Virus genome (UHGV): UHGV-0016284 | Reading direction: 5' to 3' (one strand) | Length of the DNA: 55,548 nucleotides | Origin: a virus | In this document: one piece after another, positions 45,063 through 54,373 of the stretch | Numbering within the stretch: the stretch's first letter is position 1 | Layout: each line of letters starts with the position of its first letter | Notes under the pieces: generated by a model | Databases searched by the model: none | Told to the model about the DNA's origin: nothing | The model's input: the letters and a program-made list of their open reading frames with translations, nothing else | Translations under genes and position numbers: made by a program

Positions 45063-46127
45063 ATGTACTTTACAAAAGAAAACCTTGCCACCAACGCCCG
45101 TATGCAGGGCCATTGGAAAGAACTGTGGGCGCAACGCAATATCTTCAACGAGCAGCACAACGCCATGATTGCAGCAAATCAGGCAAATATGACCGCTGAA
45201 ATGTTGACCTGTAACGCCGTCGGCGGCTTCGCAAAAGAATTCTGGAAAGAAATCGATAACCAGATTATCGAACTGAACACCGAAGAAATCGGTATTGAGA
45301 TCGTAAACGACCTGATGGGTGTGCAAACCGTACTGCCAATCGGTAAAACGTTGAAAATGTACAACGTATCCGGTGACATCAACGACGAAGTCGTAATGTC
45401 TATGGATGGTCAAGCGCCACACGGCTTTGATCACACCGAATACGGCAGCGATGGCGACCCGATCCCGATGTTCGCAGCGGGTTACGGTGTTAACTGGCGT
45501 TTAGCTCAGGGCTTAAATACCGTGGGTATCGATCTTGCACTGGATAGCCAACGCCTGAAACTGAAAAAATTCAATAAAGCCCGCGTTCAGTTCTATCTGA
45601 ATGGTAACGACCGTATCGTGGTTGATGGTCATAAAGCAATGGGTATTAAAAACCACAAAAACACCCAGCAACTTAAACTGAAAACTGTCGCTAAAATCGA
45701 CCTTACCACTGCGGCTTTCGATAAGATTATTGAATTCTTTACCACTGGTGAGTTCGGGAAACTGGCCCGCGCCAACTTCGTAGCTAAATACGATGTAATG
45801 TGGGTATCGCCAGAAATTATGGCTAACCTGGCACGTCCGCACATCGTTAACGGCGCTATTGTTGGTAGTGTGCTGGATGTTGTTAAACCGTTCATCCCGG
45901 TTGGCGATGTTCGCCAGACCTATGCGCTGTCCGGCAACGAATTTATCGCTTATCAGCGTAGTCGCAGCGTCATCACCCCGCTGATTGGTATGACCACTGG
46001 CGTAGTTCCGTTACCGCGCATGATGCCGACTGATAACTACAACTTCCGCATTATGTCCGCCGAGGGTCTACAGATCACCTGTGACATGAAAGGTCGTTCT
46101 GGTGTTGTTTACGGCAGCAACACCTGA
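45063..46127 (+). CDS. major capsid protein
   Basis: 354-aa protein in the canonical position, followed by a strong terminator as is typical for major capsid genes. Confidence 0.7.
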   Translation: MYFTKENLATNARMQGHWKELWAQRNIFNEQHNAMIAANQANMTAEMLTCNAVGGFAKEFWKEIDNQIIELNTEEIGIEIVNDLMGVQTVLPIGKTLKMYNVSGDINDEVVMSMDGQAPHGFDHTEYGSDGDPIPMFAAGYGVNWRLAQGLNTVGIDLALDSQRLKLKKFNKARVQFYLNGNDRIVVDGHKAMGIKNHKNTQQLKLKTVAKIDLTTAAFDKIIEFFTTGEFGKLARANFVAKYDVMWVSPEIMANLARPHIVNGAIVGSVLDVVKPFIPVGDVRQTYALSGNEFIAYQRSRSVITPLIGMTTGVVPLPRMMPTDNYNFRIMSAEGLQITCDMKGRSGVVYGSNT

Positions 46128-46147
46128 TTGATATATTCTCTGTAACT

Positions 46148-46176
46148 CCCCGGCGCGATGCCGGGGATTTTTTTTG
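46148..46176 (+). terminator. rho-independent terminator after the major capsid gene
   Basis: Hairpin ccccggc-gcgat-gccgggg followed by attttttttt. Confidence 0.75.
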
Positions 46177-46193
46177 TATGTGGAGCAAACAAA

Positions 46194-46580
46194 ATGGTCA
46201 CTACAGAACAGGCGCGGGAATATCTTGAAAGCCAGGGTATTGACCTGCCAGACATTATCTTATCCTTGCTGGTGGAGCAGGCAAACAGCGTTAATGAATG
46301 CCTTGATGCCAACTATCCGGCCTCCACTGCAACATTGATTCAACTTTATCTGATTGGCCTGTTAGGACTCACTCAGGCCAACAAGTACGTTTCCTCGCAA
46401 ACTGGTCCGAACGGTGCAAGCCAGTCATACCGCTATGTCGATTTTAATAAAAAATGGAAGGCGGCCTATTCGTTGCTTTATTCCCTGGACAAACATAACT
46501 GTACAGCAGAACTAATTCCACCAGATCCAGAAAACACAGCACACGCCGGGCTGTGGATAGGTAAAAGCGGGAGGATGTGA
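46194..46580 (+). CDS. putative head-tail connector / head completion protein
   Basis: Position between capsid and tail genes; start set to ATG 46194. Confidence 0.4.
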   Translation: MVTTEQAREYLESQGIDLPDIILSLLVEQANSVNECLDANYPASTATLIQLYLIGLLGLTQANKYVSSQTGPNGASQSYRYVDFNKKWKAAYSLLYSLDKHNCTAELIPPDPENTAHAGLWIGKSGRM

Positions 46581-46768
46581 CGATGTGGAACGACCTTACA
46601 TTACCGGACCCGTTATTACCGAAACTGTTTACCCGCGTGTGGGTGAAAACTGACGCCGGGCGACAGGTGGCGGCCTATCTTAATGACGCTGGCGAATGGG
46701 TAATTCTTTGCCCGCGCGTGGCGAAAACCCATCCGAAAATTGTTAAATGGAGCTATGGCTATGAGTAA
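46577..46768 (+). CDS. hypothetical structural protein (63 aa)
   Basis: ATGA overlap with the upstream stop. Confidence 0.4.
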   Translation: MTMWNDLTLPDPLLPKLFTRVWVKTDAGRQVAAYLNDAGEWVILCPRVAKTHPKIVKWSYGYE

Positions 46769-47129
46769 GATTGCCAGATTCAGCTATAAGGCATTAGCCA
46801 CCATTTACCCCGTAACGCGTGACGACTGGACAAACTCCGACGTATACGGTGCGCCATACCTGGTAGATTGTGCATGGGAGCGTACTGACGGAACCGCAAC
46901 AGACGCAAACGGGAATGAGGTTAGCAACACGATAACCGTATATACCGAACTGCTTCACAAGATGCAGCCAGTGCAGCGCCCGGAAAAAGGGTGGATGATT
47001 GCCACTGGCGACACTGCCGCTATTGCCGACCCGCTGGCGGCAGGTGCGAACGTTATAACCGGAATCGTTGAATGGGATATGAGCATGTTTAACGACACGC
47101 CGGATTATAAGATCGTGACAGGGGGTTAA
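46761..47129 (+). CDS. putative head-tail joining protein (122 aa)
   Basis: Position; overlapping start. Confidence 0.4.
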   Translation: MSKIARFSYKALATIYPVTRDDWTNSDVYGAPYLVDCAWERTDGTATDANGNEVSNTITVYTELLHKMQPVQRPEKGWMIATGDTAAIADPLAAGANVITGIVEWDMSMFNDTPDYKIVTGG

Positions 47130-47131
47130 TC

Positions 47132-47572
47132 ATGCCTATCAAGGGTGTTAAACGTGTCAGGGAGCGATTAAAGCAGGAGCTAAAGGAAATCACAGATAAG
47201 AAAACTCATGAGGTGTTATGGCGAGTAGGGATGCTGGCTGGTGGCTTCGCGGCGAACATGACCCCCGTTGATACGGGTTTTTTAATTAACAGCCAATTTC
47301 AGTATATAGGTAGCACGGCGGAGGGCATGCAGTTACGGCTGGGATATACGGCCCGGTATGCTGAATGGGTGCACAATATGCCAGGTAAATTAAAAGGACA
47401 GCCGCGCGAACATTTCGGCAAGACTAGCGAAGGGGTTGAATTCGGCGGCGGTACTGGAAAAGGTAAATATTGGGACCCAAACGCGGAGCCGGAATTTTTG
47501 CGCAAGGCATTCGAAGATCCAAACAACGCTGACGATATTTATAAAGAGATTGTAGAAGGTTACAAAACATGA
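47132..47572 (+). CDS. putative tail completion protein (HK97 gp10-like)
   Basis: Size and position; loose resemblance to the HK97 gp10 family. Confidence 0.4.
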   Translation: MPIKGVKRVRERLKQELKEITDKKTHEVLWRVGMLAGGFAANMTPVDTGFLINSQFQYIGSTAEGMQLRLGYTARYAEWVHNMPGKLKGQPREHFGKTSEGVEFGGGTGKGKYWDPNAEPEFLRKAFEDPNNADDIYKEIVEGYKT

Positions 47573-47955
47573 AACGCAGCGAAGTATACGACGAAATAAG
47601 GGATTGGATTAAATCCCACGGGTACGATGAAGGCTATATTTTGCAGGCCCGTTTCTGGAATGAGCGATCCAATTCTAATAAAGACAGATACATTGTCATA
47701 CAGCAAAACGGCGGAGCGGCGGGAGAAGAGGCGATAACCCGCGACTATTTCCGCATCCTGGTTATTTCGGCGCGTAATGACGCAAATATCAGTGAAGTGG
47801 AAGATCTCGCCGACGCTATACGGCAAAGTATGATAACAGAGTATAAAACTGATAAAATTACACACATGAAGCCAGTAGGCGCTATTCCTGCAATGCAGAC
47901 AAAAGAAGGGCGCTTTATTTTTACCGTAGCTTTTCAAACTATCATATCTAGATAA
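47569..47955 (+). CDS. putative tail terminator / tail completion protein
   Basis: Position immediately upstream of the major tail gene; ATGA overlap. Confidence 0.4.
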   Translation: MKRSEVYDEIRDWIKSHGYDEGYILQARFWNERSNSNKDRYIVIQQNGGAAGEEAITRDYFRILVISARNDANISEVEDLADAIRQSMITEYKTDKITHMKPVGAIPAMQTKEGRFIFTVAFQTIISR

Positions 47956-47968
47956 GAGGTAACAAACC

Positions 47969-48445
47969 ATGTCTCAGACTTGCGAAAATGGCTCATTTAC
48001 AGGCCGTGACGTTGCTGTATTCTTTGCTATCGCTTGCCCTAATGCGAAACCTAGTAAAGAAGCATATAAAGCGTTAGGCATGATGCGCGGCAAAACGCTT
48101 TCCGTAGAATGGGAAACCGCAGACGCCACCGCTGATAAATCCGCCGACTATACCAAAGAATCCCTGGTCACTTACAAATCTGTTTCTTTCTCCGGCGACG
48201 GCGTATCACGTAGTGATGCTCTACACAACCAGAAAGAACTAAAGCGTCATGTAATGTCACCGGGCACTGCTACCGGAAATCAGCCATACGTGTGGCTAAA
48301 AATCGTCACCCCCACCGATGTGACTGAGGGTCCATTCCTTTGCACGTCTTTCGAAGAAGAAGCGCCGCACGATGATGTGACAACCTGGTCCATTGAGTGC
48401 GAAAGCGCGGGCCAGGTAACTGTAACCGATCCGGTTGCTGCATAA
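47969..48445 (+). CDS. major tail (tube) protein
   Basis: 158-aa protein directly upstream of the tail chaperone and tape measure; followed by a hairpin. Confidence 0.6.
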   Translation: MSQTCENGSFTGRDVAVFFAIACPNAKPSKEAYKALGMMRGKTLSVEWETADATADKSADYTKESLVTYKSVSFSGDGVSRSDALHNQKELKRHVMSPGTATGNQPYVWLKIVTPTDVTEGPFLCTSFEEEAPHDDVTTWSIECESAGQVTVTDPVAA

Positions 48446-48452
48446 ACAATAA

Positions 48453-48476
48453 AGGGGCTGTCTAGCCCCTTCCTTT
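48453..48476 (+). terminator. hairpin (attenuator/terminator) after the major tail gene
   Basis: ggggct-gtct-agcccc followed by ttccttttagg; the T-run is weak. Confidence 0.45.
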
Positions 48477-48489
48477 TAGGGTGAATACT

Positions 48490-49170
48490 ATGATCCATGT
48501 TCGTACAGGACAATTTGCGGCTGTGGTGAACGGTAAGCGCTATGAATTTAATCCTTGCTTTGCTGCGATGGCTAAAATCGGCAACGATAGTGAGCTTGTC
48601 GAATATTTCGCACTTATCCACGGCAGCAAATACCCTTCACGATTACCTACAGATCCAGACCTCCGCAATCGCATTATGGCGCGGTGTTATGGTGAGATAG
48701 TGCAAACGTCTATACACATCCTGAAATGTTGCTCAGACGACGAAACAGGCCCGTTATTGGGCGAATGCTGGTTTACTCCTTCAGGTAAATTAAGGTTAAG
48801 GCCCGGAATAATGCCAGTTGATGATGTTATTACGCTGGCGCAACACTGCATGTACCACGGTTTAATTGGTGACGGCCCTGAAGAGGTCGCAAGCGAGAGG
48901 CGGGAAGGTGAATACAAACCAACGTTCGACATACTGGAGTTTGTTTATTCTGCCGTTGCTCACCTGGGGTTATCAGAATCAGAAGCGTGGAATATGACAA
49001 TGACCGGATATAGGGCCGCTGTGCGTGCTAAAACGCCGCCAGAAGCAAGAAACAAACAAAAACGACCAGATGTATTACTGGATAAAAAGGCTTATGACGA
49101 TGGAATGAGGGAGGCTATGGAGATACTAAAAAGAATGGAAAATAGCGAGCAAGAAAAAGCCCGGGATTAG
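48490..49170 (+). CDS. tail assembly chaperone
   Basis: Position between major tail and tape measure; AGGGTGA ribosome-binding site before ATG 48490. No frameshift site could be assessed. Confidence 0.55.
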   Translation: MIHVRTGQFAAVVNGKRYEFNPCFAAMAKIGNDSELVEYFALIHGSKYPSRLPTDPDLRNRIMARCYGEIVQTSIHILKCCSDDETGPLLGECWFTPSGKLRLRPGIMPVDDVITLAQHCMYHGLIGDGPEEVASERREGEYKPTFDILEFVYSAVAHLGLSESEAWNMTMTGYRAAVRAKTPPEARNKQKRPDVLLDKKAYDDGMREAMEILKRMENSEQEKARD

Positions 49171-49191
49171 CCGGGCCTCTAAAATTCTGTG

Positions 49192-49551
49192 TTAGTTGAA
49201 ATACGCATCAACTCTGTGGGCCACGTTTACACCATAAGACTCGCCATCATTAAACGCATTTAGTGACGCTTTATTGTTTTTTGCCGCCTCTTTTAATCCA
49301 TTGTACTTGCTATTAAGATCTTTCCATTCAGCGGTTTTTTCTAATACTGGCTTCATTGCGTAATGAATACAGCCAACGTTAAATGGCATTTCCAGATCAC
49401 CATTACCGTCACCATGCTTTATATCGTACAACTGAGCATTATGCGCACATTCACGAAGTATGTATTTTGCGGACGGAGAGTGCTCAGCATTAGCATTAAG
49501 CGCAACTCCTGCAAGTACCGCCACGATTAAGATTTTTGCCAGACTTTTCAT
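49192..49551 (-). CDS. secreted/periplasmic protein (Sec signal peptide), antisense moron
   Basis: MKSLAKILIVAVLAGVALNANA then EHSP...: classic signal peptide with AxA cleavage site; mature ~97 aa with 2 Cys; GGGGTGA ribosome-binding site. Confidence 0.6.
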   Translation of the reverse strand: MKSLAKILIVAVLAGVALNANAEHSPSAKYILRECAHNAQLYDIKHGDGNGDLEMPFNVGCIHYAMKPVLEKTAEWKDLNSKYNGLKEAAKNNKASLNAFNDGESYGVNVAHRVDAYFN

Positions 49552-49563
49552 ATTTCACCCCGC

Positions 49564-49653
49564 TTAGTTTTTGTTTTTCAGCGCTTTTAACATTTGCTCG
49601 ATAAAGTCAGCATAGCGCTCATGTTCGTTGGGGTGGTAGTTTACGTTTTTCAT
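49564..49653 (-). CDS. small protein (29 aa) upstream of the secreted protein in the same antisense moron
   Basis: MKNVNYHPNEHERYADFIEQMLKALKNKN; AAGAGGA ribosome-binding site; 12 nt before the next start. Confidence 0.35.
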   Translation of the reverse strand: MKNVNYHPNEHERYADFIEQMLKALKNKN

Positions 49654-49729
49654 TTTCTTATCCTCTTTTGCTTCCTCCGGTCAATCCGGCCTTTTAAGTC
49701 CCTTCGCTCTATCCCTTTCCTTTGGCTTC

Positions 49730-49800
49730 TTTATACAAAATGTGTTCACTGAAGTAAATCCATTTTGTATAAAATAGAGGCATAGATCACATTTTGTATG
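49730..49800. promoter_or_regulatory. inverted/direct repeat cluster and candidate minus-strand promoter upstream of the moron (and of the tape measure gene)
   Basis: ATACAAAATGT (49733-49743), CCATTTTGTAT (49760-49770), ACATTTTGTAT (49788-49798). Minus-strand TTTACT-17-TATAAA promoter (complement of 49753-49758 and 49730-49735). Confidence 0.4.
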
Positions 49801-49810
49801 AGGTTAAATC

Positions 49811-52800
49811 ATGTCAACAAATTTAGGCACAATTTATTACGAGGTTGATGCAAAAACGGGTCAGCTTCTGACTGTTCAGCGCGAGGTAGATCGCGCAACT
49901 GGCAAAATGGAAAAGGATTTGGAGCGCGTGGATAGTGCCGCCACTCAGGCAAGTAAGTCACTGTCAAAGCTATCCTCGATTGCCAGTGCCCTGGGTGCTG
50001 CAATGGCAGCAAAAAAAATCATTGAGTATGCAAACGCCTGGCAGGAGGTGAATAACAGGCTAATCAATAGCGTTCGTGCTGGTGAATCACTGGCAGACGT
50101 TAATCAGCGTGTATTTCAGATCGCGCAAAATTCACGAAGCGATCTTGATGCTACAGCAGATCTTTACGGTAAATTAGAGCGCTCGACGCGCGACGCTGGT
50201 TTATCGACGAAAGCACTTGGTGATATGGTTGAAACCATTAACAAAACATTCCGCATTTCTGGCGCTTCTGCCGCTGAAGCAGAAGGCGGGATCCGTCAGT
50301 TGGGTCAATCCCTCGCCAAAGGTGTTTTGAATGGCGATGAATTTAACTCCGTTACAGAAAACGCCACCAGGCTGTCAGAGGGTTTGGCTAAATCACTGGG
50401 CGTATCGTCAGCGGAAATGCGCAAGATGGCAGCAGAAGGGAAAATCACCCGTGAAGCTATCATTAAAGCCCTTAAGGAAATGAAAGCGGAGGTTGATGCT
50501 GAGTTTTCTAAACTCACCCCAACTATGCAGGAGGCTTTCACTGTTGCAGGCAACAACGCAGCTAAATTTTTCGGCAGCAATTCGTCAATTATGGGCGGGA
50601 TTGGTGCTTTTAATTCGGCAGTTGTAACCCTGTCAGAAAACCTTAACGAAATAGCTACTGCATTTATTGGCATTGCCACTGTGATGGGTGGCAGAGTGGT
50701 AAATAAATTCGTAGCTGCAACAGCAGAGGTATTAACTAACGCTCAGGCGACCAGGGCACAAACGGCAGCGGCACGGCAGGCCGCTCAGAGTGAATTGGCG
50801 CTAGCTAACGCTCAGGTGGTATCAGCACGGCAATCAGTAGCGGCGGCGGCGGCAAGGTTGAGAGAGGCGCAGGCTTATGCTGCGGCAAATGCCGGAACAA
50901 AATTCGAAGTTCAGACACTGAAAGAATTGGCTGTAGCCAAAGCACAGAACACAGCGGCATCAAACGCCCTTACTGCGGCAGAGCAGCGCCTTGCTGCGGC
51001 CCACACTGCGGCGGCGGCTAATGCAGGGCTACTAAAAACAGCGTTTAGCGCTACTCTGGGTGCGATTGGTGGTATCCCTGGCGCGTTAATGCTTGCTGTT
51101 TACGGGTTGACAGCATATGTAGATCACGTAGATCAAACGGCAGAGGCAAACCGCAACCTTGCCGATTCAGTGGACGTTAGTACCGAATCACTGGAACGAA
51201 TGAGTAAGGCGGCTAAGCTGGCTGGTGCAGATAAACTACAAATATCAATGGGTCAGTTAGAGGAAGACGTTGCCAGTCTCAACAAACAGATTGACCAGGA
51301 CACGCAGGCGCTGGAACTGAATAAACAGGCACTGGAGAAAGCAGAGGAGGGGTCACGCGCTTACGCCAACCTATCGAAAGCTAATCAGGAAATCACAGCC
51401 CGCCTGACCAGGGAAGAGGCGCAGCGTGAGGATATTCTCGACCGCCTTAATCAAATGCAGCGCAAATATATTCTGCTTATGCAGGATACAGATCCGCTAA
51501 TGAAGACCGTTGCCACTTCATTGGGGTTGGTAGCGGATGCATACGGAAGAATCACCACAGAAGCAGAACGCGCAGCAGCAGCAACGCAACACGCTTCAGC
51601 AGCACTTAACGCAGATCAGCAAGAATTAATGAATCTGGCAAACCGCCGCCTGGAGCTGGCAAAACTCGACTCCAAAACAGCCAGCAGGGAAAAGGCGATT
51701 GATGGGTTTAAGCGTGAGGCTGAGAAAGCAAACCTGACCGGGGAAGCGTATGAAAAATACATGGCTACAATGACCAAAGCATACGACACCGAGCAGAAAC
51801 GCGCCGAAGCTGAAAGAAAGGCCAGTCATGGGAAAAAAACTGGCGAAAGCGAGGAGAAAAAACATCTAAAAGAGGCTGAACGCCTGCGCAAAGAGCTTGA
51901 GAAACGGGGCCAGAATGTTGCAGATAAATACAATGTAGAAGCCGCCGCGCAACGGAAATTAAAAGAGGATCAGGATGCGCTAAATGCAGCATTAAAAAGC
52001 GGCAAAATAAGCGCGGAACAATATAATAAGGCATGGAAAGAATTAATTGGAACCGAGGAACAACGCAAACGTCAGGCTAGCTGGGATAATCTGGTAAACA
52101 AAGAGCTACAACTACGCGGGCAACTAGACCCAATTCAGCAGGCGATGAATGAATGGGCGGTTCGCAAGCAGATGCTCACAGATTTAGGCGCTACAGAGCA
52201 ATATATGAGGGAGCAAGAAAAAGCGCATGAGAGGGAAATGCTATCACTTCAGTGGGAGAGGTATAAGGCGCAGTCATTGACCAACCAACTGTTAGGCGAT
52301 GCTGTTGATGCAATGAGCGGATCCGCAACTAACGCGCTTGTCGGCCTGATTAACGGTACTCAAAATTGGCAACAGGCGATCGCTAACATTGGCAATACAA
52401 TCCTTTCCTCCGTGATTGGTACGATTGTTCAAATGGGTACTGAGTGGGTCAAGCAGCAATTGATTGGTGATACAGCAAGAACTATGGCAACAGCTAAAGC
52501 AATGGGCGAGGCGGTGGCGTTAAGTTCTGCATGGTCAACCCCAGCCTACCTGGCAAGCGTGGCAACAATGGGCGGCGCAGCGACGGCGGGGTCAGCGGCG
52601 ATAGCAACCGGATTGGCTGGAGCAAAAGCGCTTGGCCTGGCTGGCGCTCGTTATAACGGCGGTGCGGTTAATGGTGGTAGCCTGTATCGCGTAGGGGAAC
52701 ACGGTAAGCCAGAGATCTTCCAATCTCGAAACGGTGAACAGTATATGATTCCTGGTGACAACGGCAGGGTAATACCAAATCGCGACATTGGTGGTGCGGG

Positions 52801-52966
52801 TGGTGGTAACGTTAGTATAAACGCACCGATTAGCGTTTACCCACAAAATGGATGGAGTGATGAGGACGCCAAAAAACTACAGCAGGATATGGAAAAGATC
52901 TGCATGGGCCTGATACACCGCGAATCATCCAGACCGGGCGGAATGCTGCAACCGCGCCGCAAATAA
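49811..52966 (+). CDS. tail tape measure protein
   Basis: 1051 aa, long Ala/Gln/Glu-rich coiled coil, Gly-rich C-terminal region; canonical position. Confidence 0.85.
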   Translation: MSTNLGTIYYEVDAKTGQLLTVQREVDRATGKMEKDLERVDSAATQASKSLSKLSSIASALGAAMAAKKIIEYANAWQEVNNRLINSVRAGESLADVNQRVFQIAQNSRSDLDATADLYGKLERSTRDAGLSTKALGDMVETINKTFRISGASAAEAEGGIRQLGQSLAKGVLNGDEFNSVTENATRLSEGLAKSLGVSSAEMRKMAAEGKITREAIIKALKEMKAEVDAEFSKLTPTMQEAFTVAGNNAAKFFGSNSSIMGGIGAFNSAVVTLSENLNEIATAFIGIATVMGGRVVNKFVAATAEVLTNAQATRAQTAAARQAAQSELALANAQVVSARQSVAAAAARLREAQAYAAANAGTKFEVQTLKELAVAKAQNTAASNALTAAEQRLAAAHTAAAANAGLLKTAFSATLGAIGGIPGALMLAVYGLTAYVDHVDQTAEANRNLADSVDVSTESLERMSKAAKLAGADKLQISMGQLEEDVASLNKQIDQDTQALELNKQALEKAEEGSRAYANLSKANQEITARLTREEAQREDILDRLNQMQRKYILLMQDTDPLMKTVATSLGLVADAYGRITTEAERAAAATQHASAALNADQQELMNLANRRLELAKLDSKTASREKAIDGFKREAEKANLTGEAYEKYMATMTKAYDTEQKRAEAERKASHGKKTGESEEKKHLKEAERLRKELEKRGQNVADKYNVEAAAQRKLKEDQDALNAALKSGKISAEQYNKAWKELIGTEEQRKRQASWDNLVNKELQLRGQLDPIQQAMNEWAVRKQMLTDLGATEQYMREQEKAHEREMLSLQWERYKAQSLTNQLLGDAVDAMSGSATNALVGLINGTQNWQQAIANIGNTILSSVIGTIVQMGTEWVKQQLIGDTARTMATAKAMGEAVALSSAWSTPAYLASVATMGGAATAGSAAIATGLAGAKALGLAGARYNGGAVNGGSLYRVGEHGKPEIFQSRNGEQYMIPGDNGRVIPNRDIGGAGGGNVSINAPISVYPQNGWSDEDAKKLQQDMEKICMGLIHRESSRPGGMLQPRRK

Positions 52967-52972
52967 TCAAAA

Positions 52973-53000
52973 CCCCGGCGCAATGCCGGGGTTATTTTTA
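52973..53000. terminator. rho-independent terminator after tape measure (probably bidirectional)
   Basis: Hairpin ccccggc-gcaat-gccgggg followed by ttattttta; same stem as the terminator at 46148. Confidence 0.7.
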
Positions 53001-53177
53001 TTCAATTTCATCATTTTTAAATTCGCCGTTTGCATAAAGCTGTAATGCGCTTATCAGTTCGTCAGCTTGCTTTTTGTCTATTACAATCATCTCGCAGTCG
53101 CTAACGATCCATAATCTTCCATCATCTTCAACACTAAGATCAATCCTTCTACATTCTTCAGTCTCGTGAATAATCAT
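52998..53177 (-). CDS. small protein (59 aa), antisense cassette gene 4
   Basis: MIIHETEECRRIDLSVEDDGRLWIVSDCEMIVIDKKQADELISALQLYANGEFKNDEIE; GAAGG ribosome-binding site. Confidence 0.4.
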   Translation of the reverse strand: MIIHETEECRRIDLSVEDDGRLWIVSDCEMIVIDKKQADELISALQLYANGEFKNDEIE

Positions 53178-53215
53178 TATAAACCTTCATCATGTTATTG
53201 ATTTCGTGAATAAAT

Positions 53216-53386
53216 TTACTCAAATCTTGTATATCCTCTTTCAATTTTCCCTCCGTGTACACTTCTGGCAAATACCGCGTCAGTATACCTGAAAAATGGG
53301 CATGTATATGTATCCCCTTTGCTATCCATATATTTTAGCACCCACGCTATGCGTTTTACGTTGCTTTTATTTGCCGGGTTTTTCAT
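53216..53386 (-). CDS. small protein (56 aa), antisense cassette gene 3
   Basis: MKNPANKSNVKRIAWVLKYMDSKGDTYTCPFFRYTDAVFARSVHGGKIERGYTRFE; GGAGGA ribosome-binding site before ATG 53386. Confidence 0.4.
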   Translation of the reverse strand: MKNPANKSNVKRIAWVLKYMDSKGDTYTCPFFRYTDAVFARSVHGGKIERGYTRFE

Positions 53387-53417
53387 TTTGTTTTCCTCCG
53401 CAACATTCAAATCCGTG

Positions 53418-53672
53418 TCACTTGTGAGCGCCTTTCACCCCACAGTGCCTGTTATATTCCAGGTGGTCAATAATTAACCACATCTTTAAATCTTCGCTGA
53501 ATAACCGCCAATCGGGGTTAATATCAAATTTATAACCGTAGCCATCGCGTAATTTTTTGGGGGTGGCCTCTTTTCTCAGGAAAGCATTTAATAAAGCCTT
53601 GCCCTTTTTGATGATCCGGTCCTGTGCGTTTTTCTGTGCTTTCAGATTTTTACCAATCGCTACCAATTTCAT
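53418..53672 (-). CDS. small protein (84 aa) with weak RelE/YafQ-like toxin resemblance, antisense cassette gene 2
   Basis: ...KKLRDGYGYKFDINPDWRLFSEDLKMWLIIDHLEYNRH: PDW-containing segment resembles YafQ (KGYRDAHVEPDWILIYKL). Unverified. Confidence 0.4.
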   Translation of the reverse strand: MKLVAIGKNLKAQKNAQDRIIKKGKALLNAFLRKEATPKKLRDGYGYKFDINPDWRLFSEDLKMWLIIDHLEYNRHCGVKGAHK

Positions 53673-53690
53673 AACACACCCCACAATCCA

Positions 53691-53846
53691 TTAGTTGACC
53701 ACTTTCAGGAAGAAATCACGGTATTCATCTTCTTTTGCATTCATCATGAATTGACCGTATTTGAATGCGTCATCAAAGCCTTTAACTATCGCCACTTCCA
53801 CCTGTTCGAATGCGTTGTTCAGCATCACAACCACATAGCGTTCCAT
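53691..53846 (-). CDS. small protein (51 aa), antisense cassette gene 1
   Basis: MERYVVVMLNNAFEQVEVAIVKGFDDAFKYGQFMMNAKEDEYRDFFLKVVN; GGGGGGAGGGG ribosome-binding site before ATG 53846. Confidence 0.4.
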   Translation of the reverse strand: MERYVVVMLNNAFEQVEVAIVKGFDDAFKYGQFMMNAKEDEYRDFFLKVVN

Positions 53847-54019
53847 ATTGCCCCTCCCCCCTTGTCGGTACTGCTTTTTCTTCTTGCTTACTATATACAT
53901 CTTGTCACGCCTTATGTGAAGCCATTTTGTAAACTGGTTATAATTCTTGTGATGAATTTCTCATTTTTCGCGTAGAAGCGCGTAAAGATGTATGCAATAT
54001 GTAACTTATAGGGGGAATC

Positions 54020-54373
54020 ATGCCAGAAGTTTTCAGATGGACGCCGCAAAGAAGCTACAGCGTGACCAGGGAACCAAATGTGTCTGTCGTTAAACTTGGT
54101 GATGGTTATGAACAGCGCCAGGCGAAAGGGATTAACACGTTGCTTGATAGTTATACCCTGGTTTTCAAAGGCAGTAGCGCGGGATGTGGTGATGGTGGAA
54201 ACGTGGCGATCCAGGCTGAAGCATTTTTGAGGGCGCGCGGCGCTGTCGATGCTTTCTACTGGACGCCTTCGATGGATGGGGTGCAAAGGCTTTTCGTTTG
54301 CCGTAGCTGGAGCATGACCAAAGACGGGCCTGTGTACACGCTAAACGCAACGTTTGAACAAGTTGTTGGCTAA
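54020..54373 (+). CDS. M: minor tail protein M (lambda M-like)
   Basis: Aligns by eye with lambda M along its length (FRWTPQ.....V.....V.KL.GDGYEQRQAKGIN..L.SYTLVF........EAFL...G....FYWTP.......F.C..WS.........ATFEQVV). Confidence 0.8.
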   Translation: MPEVFRWTPQRSYSVTREPNVSVVKLGDGYEQRQAKGINTLLDSYTLVFKGSSAGCGDGGNVAIQAEAFLRARGAVDAFYWTPSMDGVQRLFVCRSWSMTKDGPVYTLNATFEQVVG

